A stretch of 64,000 nucleotides of DNA from an uncultured Chloroflexia bacterium (GTDB lineage: Bacteria > Chloroflexota > Limnocylindria > Limnocylindrales > CSP1-4), in contig CAVPPB010000003.1 of assembly GCA_963707215.1 (NCBI GenBank), forward strand, positions 416,001-480,000. The letters are read 5' to 3'. Every line of letters begins with the position of its first letter. Positions within the stretch are counted from its first letter, which is position 1. Shown here piece after piece: positions 59,995 through 64,000 of the stretch. Under the pieces are notes generated by a model that was not told the DNA's origin, did not search any database, and saw only the letters and a program-made list of their open reading frames with translations. Both the position numbers and the translations under genes were made by a program.

Positions 59995-60279
59995 TGGACG
60001 GTGCGGGCGTGGTGTCACCGGCCGCGCGGACCGCTGTGCGGGCTCCTGTCTCTGCCAGGTTTCCGCCACCAGTCGCACTACGGCCACCCTAGGCCACGAC
60101 CAGCGGGTCCGACGCGCTGGATCGGGTCGGTCCGAGCGTGGACACAGGTCATCAGCGGATGCCGGTGACTCCCCACCGACGATGACGCAGCTCCCAGCGG
60201 CATCTCGCAGGGCGGGGTCGCTGGGGACGGACGGCGGGTGCGCGGACGGAGCGCGGGGATGGCCGGCCCCTCCGCTGCC

Positions 60280-61263
60280 TCAGTAGGCGGCGAGCTTGCG
60301 GATCGCCTCTGCGATGCGCTCCGGGCTGACCATGAACCAGGCCTCGAGGCCGTGGTTGTAGGGCATCGCCGGGACGTCGGGGCCGGCGACCCGGGTCACC
60401 GGCCCGTCGAGGTACTCGAAGGCCTCTTCGGCGACGATCGCCGCGACCTCGGCGCCGTAGCCGCCGAATCGGTTGTCTTCGTACACGATGAGGCACTTGC
60501 CGGTCTTGCGGACCGAGCCGAGCAGCGTCTCGCGGTCGAGCGGTCGCAGGGTCCGCAGGTCGACCACCTCGACGTCGATCCCCTCCTCGGCGACCCGGTC
60601 GGCCGCCTCGAGAGCGTAGTGGACCATCAGGCCGTAGGCGACGACGGTCACCCGTCCGCCGGCCCGGGGGATGGCCGCCCGGCCCAACGGCACGACGTAG
60701 TCGCCATCCGGCACCTCGCCCCGGACGCTCCGGTAGAGCTTCTTGTGCTCGAAGTACAGGACCGGATCATCGTCTCGGATCGCAGCCCGCAGCAGGCCCT
60801 TGGCATCGTGCGGCGTCGACGGGATGACGACCTTCAGCCCCGGCACGTGGGTGAAGAACGCCTCGACCGACTGGCTGTGGTAGAGCGCCCCGTGGACCCC
60901 GCCGCCGTAGGGTGCCCGGATGGTGATCGGCACGCCGATCCCGTTGTTGGTCCGATAGCGCATCCGGGCGGCCTCGGACACGATCTGGTTGAAGGCCGGG
61001 AAGATGAAGTCGGCGAACTGGATCTCGGCGACCGGACGCAGACCGTTGACCGACGCGCCGATGGCCGTCCCGACGATCATCGACTCGGTCAACGGCGTGT
61101 CGATGACCCGGTCGTCGCCGAACTCGGCCCACAGCCCGTCGGTGGCCAGGAAGACGCCGCCCTTCTTCCCGACGTCCTCGCCCAGGACGATGACCGACTC
61201 GTCGTGGCGCATCTCCTCGGCCATGGCGTCGCGGATGGCCTCGATGTACGTCCGGACGGCCAT
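60280..61263 (-). CDS. bkdAB: Branched-chain 2-oxoacid dehydrogenase E1 beta subunit
   Basis: GEDVGKKGGVF.AT, DTPLTES, EIQFADF, PYGGGVHGALYHSQS, FEHKKLY, DLRTL.PLD. Confidence 0.9.
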   Translation of the reverse strand: MAVRTYIEAIRDAMAEEMRHDESVIVLGEDVGKKGGVFLATDGLWAEFGDDRVIDTPLTESMIVGTAIGASVNGLRPVAEIQFADFIFPAFNQIVSEAARMRYRTNNGIGVPITIRAPYGGGVHGALYHSQSVEAFFTHVPGLKVVIPSTPHDAKGLLRAAIRDDDPVLYFEHKKLYRSVRGEVPDGDYVVPLGRAAIPRAGGRVTVVAYGLMVHYALEAADRVAEEGIDVEVVDLRTLRPLDRETLLGSVRKTGKCLIVYEDNRFGGYGAEVAAIVAEEAFEYLDGPVTRVAGPDVPAMPYNHGLEAWFMVSPERIAEAIRKLAAY

Positions 61264-62321
61264 CAGCCGGCGCCCCCGCTCGTTCGCCATGGCGGCGTCC
61301 AGTCGGCCGGCCCCTCGTCCGCGTACACCCACCAGGCAGCGCTCTCGGGCGCCGGCTCGGGCTGCGCCTGGGCCCAGTCGGTGGCGTCGTCGACGGCCGC
61401 CCGGACCTCGGTCGCGATCGTCGCCTCGAGCTCGTCGACCAGGACGCCGCCCGCGCGCAGCTGATGGCGGAACCGAGGCAGCGGATCGAGCGATCGCTCC
61501 TCGGCCAGCTCCTCGGCGCTGCGGTACTTCGTCTGCTGGTCGTCGGAGGAGTGGGCCGTCAGGCGGGCGACCTTCGCCTCGAGGATCGTGGGGCCCTCCC
61601 CCGCCCGGGCCCGCTCGACCGCCTCGCGAGCCGCCGCATACGAGGCGAGCACGTCGGTCCCGTCGACCACCACGCCCGGGATGCCGTAGCCGGACGCGCG
61701 GGAGGCGACGTCGGGCACCGAGAGCTCCTTCTCGGCCGGCACGCTGATGGCGTAGCCGTTGTTCTCGATGACGAGGATGAAGGGCAGCCGGTGGATGGCC
61801 GCGAAGTTGAGGCCCTCGTGGACGTCGCCCTGGTTGCTGCTCCCCTCCCCCATGATCGCCACCGCCACCTGGTCGGTCCGCCGGACCTTGGCCGCCAGGG
61901 CGATCCCGACCGCATGCAGGATCTGGGTCCCGACCGGCGAACTGACCGACAGGAGGTGACGGTCCGGATGCCCGTAGTGGCCCGGCATCTGGCGGCCACC
62001 ACCCGACGGATCGGCGGCCTTGGCCAGCTGGGTCAGCATGATCTCTCGGGCGGTCATGCCCATCGCCAGGCAGGTCGCGATCGAGCGGTAGAACGGGGCC
62101 ACCCAGTCATGGTCGCGGCGCAGCGCCCGGGCGATCCCCGCCTGGGCGCCTTCGTGACCCTGGCCGCTGATGACGAAGGGGGCCTGGCCGGCCCGGTTGA
62201 GCACCCACATCCGCTCGTCGAGCGCCCGGGCCAGGGCCATCAACCGGTAGAGGTCGAGCAGGTCGCCCGGAGCGAGGTCCGCCGCCTCGCCGGGTCGGTC
62301 CGGTCGCCCAGCCGTGGCCAT
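61263..62321 (-). CDS. bkdAA: Branched-chain 2-oxoacid dehydrogenase E1 alpha subunit
   Basis: DERMW.LNRAG..PFVISGQGHE, DPSGGGRQMPGHY, SSPV.TQ, GEGSSNQGD.HEGLN, NNGYAIS, HSSDD. Confidence 0.9.
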   Translation of the reverse strand: MATAGRPDRPGEAADLAPGDLLDLYRLMALARALDERMWVLNRAGQAPFVISGQGHEGAQAGIARALRRDHDWVAPFYRSIATCLAMGMTAREIMLTQLAKAADPSGGGRQMPGHYGHPDRHLLSVSSPVGTQILHAVGIALAAKVRRTDQVAVAIMGEGSSNQGDVHEGLNFAAIHRLPFILVIENNGYAISVPAEKELSVPDVASRASGYGIPGVVVDGTDVLASYAAAREAVERARAGEGPTILEAKVARLTAHSSDDQQTKYRSAEELAEERSLDPLPRFRHQLRAGGVLVDELEATIATEVRAAVDDATDWAQAQPEPAPESAAWWVYADEGPADWTPPWRTSGGAG

Positions 62322-62353
62322 GGGCCCCTCCTTGCTCGTCCCCTCGTCCGCGA

Positions 62354-63799
62354 TCAGAAGTTGATCGACCGCCCGTCGACGGCCATCGCCGCCTCGCCGA
62401 CGATCTCCGAGAGCGTCGGATGGGGATGGGTCGTCGCGCCGATCTCCTCGGGCGTGGCCTCTAGGTAGAGGGCCAGGGACGACTCAGCGATGAGGTCCGT
62501 CGCGTGCGGGCCGACGATGTGGACGCCGAGGGTGTCGCCGCTCTCCGGGTCGCCGATCACCTTGCAGAAGCCCTCGTACTCGCCGCCGATGATGGCCTTG
62601 GCGATCGCCTGGAATGGGACCTTGCCTACCTTGTAGGCACGGCCCTGCTCCTGGCACTCGCGCTCGGTCAGCCCGACCGATGCGATCTCCGGCCGGCAGT
62701 ACGTCGCCCGCGGCTGGGCCGTGTAGTCCATCCCGTGGACGTCACGATCGCCGGCGATCGTATGGGCGGCGATGATGCCCTCGTGGGCGGCCGTGTGAGC
62801 CAGCCACAGCCCGCCGACGATGTCGCCGATGGCGTAGAGATGCGGCTCGCGGGTCCGCAGGTGATCGTCGACCTTCACGATGCCCTTCTCGACGACGGCC
62901 CGGGTGGTCTCGAGGCCGACGTCCTCGACGTTGGCGGCACGGCCGGTGGCCACGAGCAGCCGATCAGCGGTGAGCGCCTCGGGCTCCTTGCCCTCCGGGC
63001 CGACCCTGACGGTGACCCCGTCCTTGTCGACCTCGACCGCGGCTGGGTCGAACCGGGCGTCGGTGACGACCCCGATGCCCCGCTTCTCGAAGCTGCGCTT
63101 GAGCACCGCGCTGACCTCGTCGTCCTCGAGCGGGACGATCCGCGGCAGGTACTCGAGCAGGGTCACCTTGACCCCGAGGTCGTGGTAGAGCGAGGCGAAC
63201 TCGACGCCGACGGCGCCCGGCCCCGACGACGATGATGCTGCGCCGGCAGGCTGTCCTCGCGGAGGCAGTCGTCCGAGGTCACGATCCGTTCGCCGTCGGG
63301 CTGGAGCCCGGCAGCGACTTCGCCCGCGAGCCGGTCGCCAGGATCACGTCCGTCGCCTCCAGCACCCGCTCGCCGCCGGCGCCCGGCGTCCCGTCCTCGC
63401 CGTGGAGGGCCGACCCGGACCCTGGTCGGTCCGTCGAGCCGACCTCGGCCCGCTACCCAGGTCACGTCGTTCTTCTTGACGAGCGATCTGGACGCCGTTC
63501 CACATCCGGTTCACGACCTGGTCGCGTCGCTTGGCGATCACCGCGTAGTCGACGGTCGGCTCGCCATCGACGCCGACCCCGAAGTCGCCGGCGTGGCGGA
63601 CCCGATCGGCGACCGCGGCCGACTCGAGCAGGGCCTTCGTCGGGATGCAGCCGCGATGGAGGCAGGTGCCGCCGATCTTGTCCTCGTCGACGAGGGCGAC
63701 ACGCAGGCCGAGCTGGGCGGCCCGGAAGGCGGCCGAGTAGCCGCCGGTGCCGGCACCGAGGACGACGACGTCGTAGGAGTTGGACGAGCCGACGGCCAT
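62354..63799 (-). CDS. lpdA: Dihydrolipoyl dehydrogenase (E3), with indels around 63200-63500
   Basis: GAGTGGY, GGTCLHRGCIPTK, ATGR, AIGD, LAH.A..EG, HPHPTLSE. Confidence 0.93.
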
Positions 63800-64000
63800 G
63801 GTCAGCGAGCCTCGCACCGGGTGCCGACCGACGGCCGGCGGGGGATGGGGAGCATCCGCCCGATGGTACGGCCGGCCCCGGGCCGGCGCAAACCTGCGCC
63901 GGGCCGGGGCCGAGAGGTGGCGCCGACGGCCCCACCCCCGCCCGCGGTCTTGGGCGGTCGATCGGCCGATGCTATCCTCGGCCGGCCCGCTGCCGGCGGG

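Noticed and set aside
63160-63500. Split lpdA
   Set aside because: Indel cluster in an otherwise intact operon; likely an assembly artefact.

Overview
Very GC-rich bacterial chromosomal window. The gene repertoire suggests Chloroflexota (Limnocylindria-like) or an Actinobacteria-like lineage; this is inference only. It is mostly core and metabolic: a split B12-dependent acyl-CoA mutase system with isobutyryl-CoA-mutase signature residues (large subunit, small subunit, MeaB), folE, acetylpolyamine amidohydrolase, trxA, tyrosine phenol-lyase, GabT/RocD, a polar amino-acid ABC transporter, a DUF1611/enolase-family racemase pair, adenosine deaminase, a branched-chain 2-oxoacid dehydrogenase/lipA operon, tRNA-Arg(TCT) and tRNA-Glu(CTC). 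No CRISPR array, transposase or integrase was seen. Frameshifts are clustered and look like long-read indel errors. Most unusual observations: (1) a PMT/GT-C-type membrane glycosyltransferase fused in frame to a MalF-type sugar ABC permease, with a MalG partner but no binding protein or ATPase nearby; (2) an ECF sigma factor translationally coupled to an Ogt-AdaN fusion that may act as an alkylation-sensing anti-sigma factor; (3) two light-sensing modules, a heliorhodopsin and a stand-alone CarH-type B12 domain; (4) an orphan SPPY DNA methyltransferase with a clamp-binding-like motif, near a promoter with three phased DnaA boxes; (5) two highly structured intergenic ncRNA candidates; (6) pervasive leaderless gene architecture.
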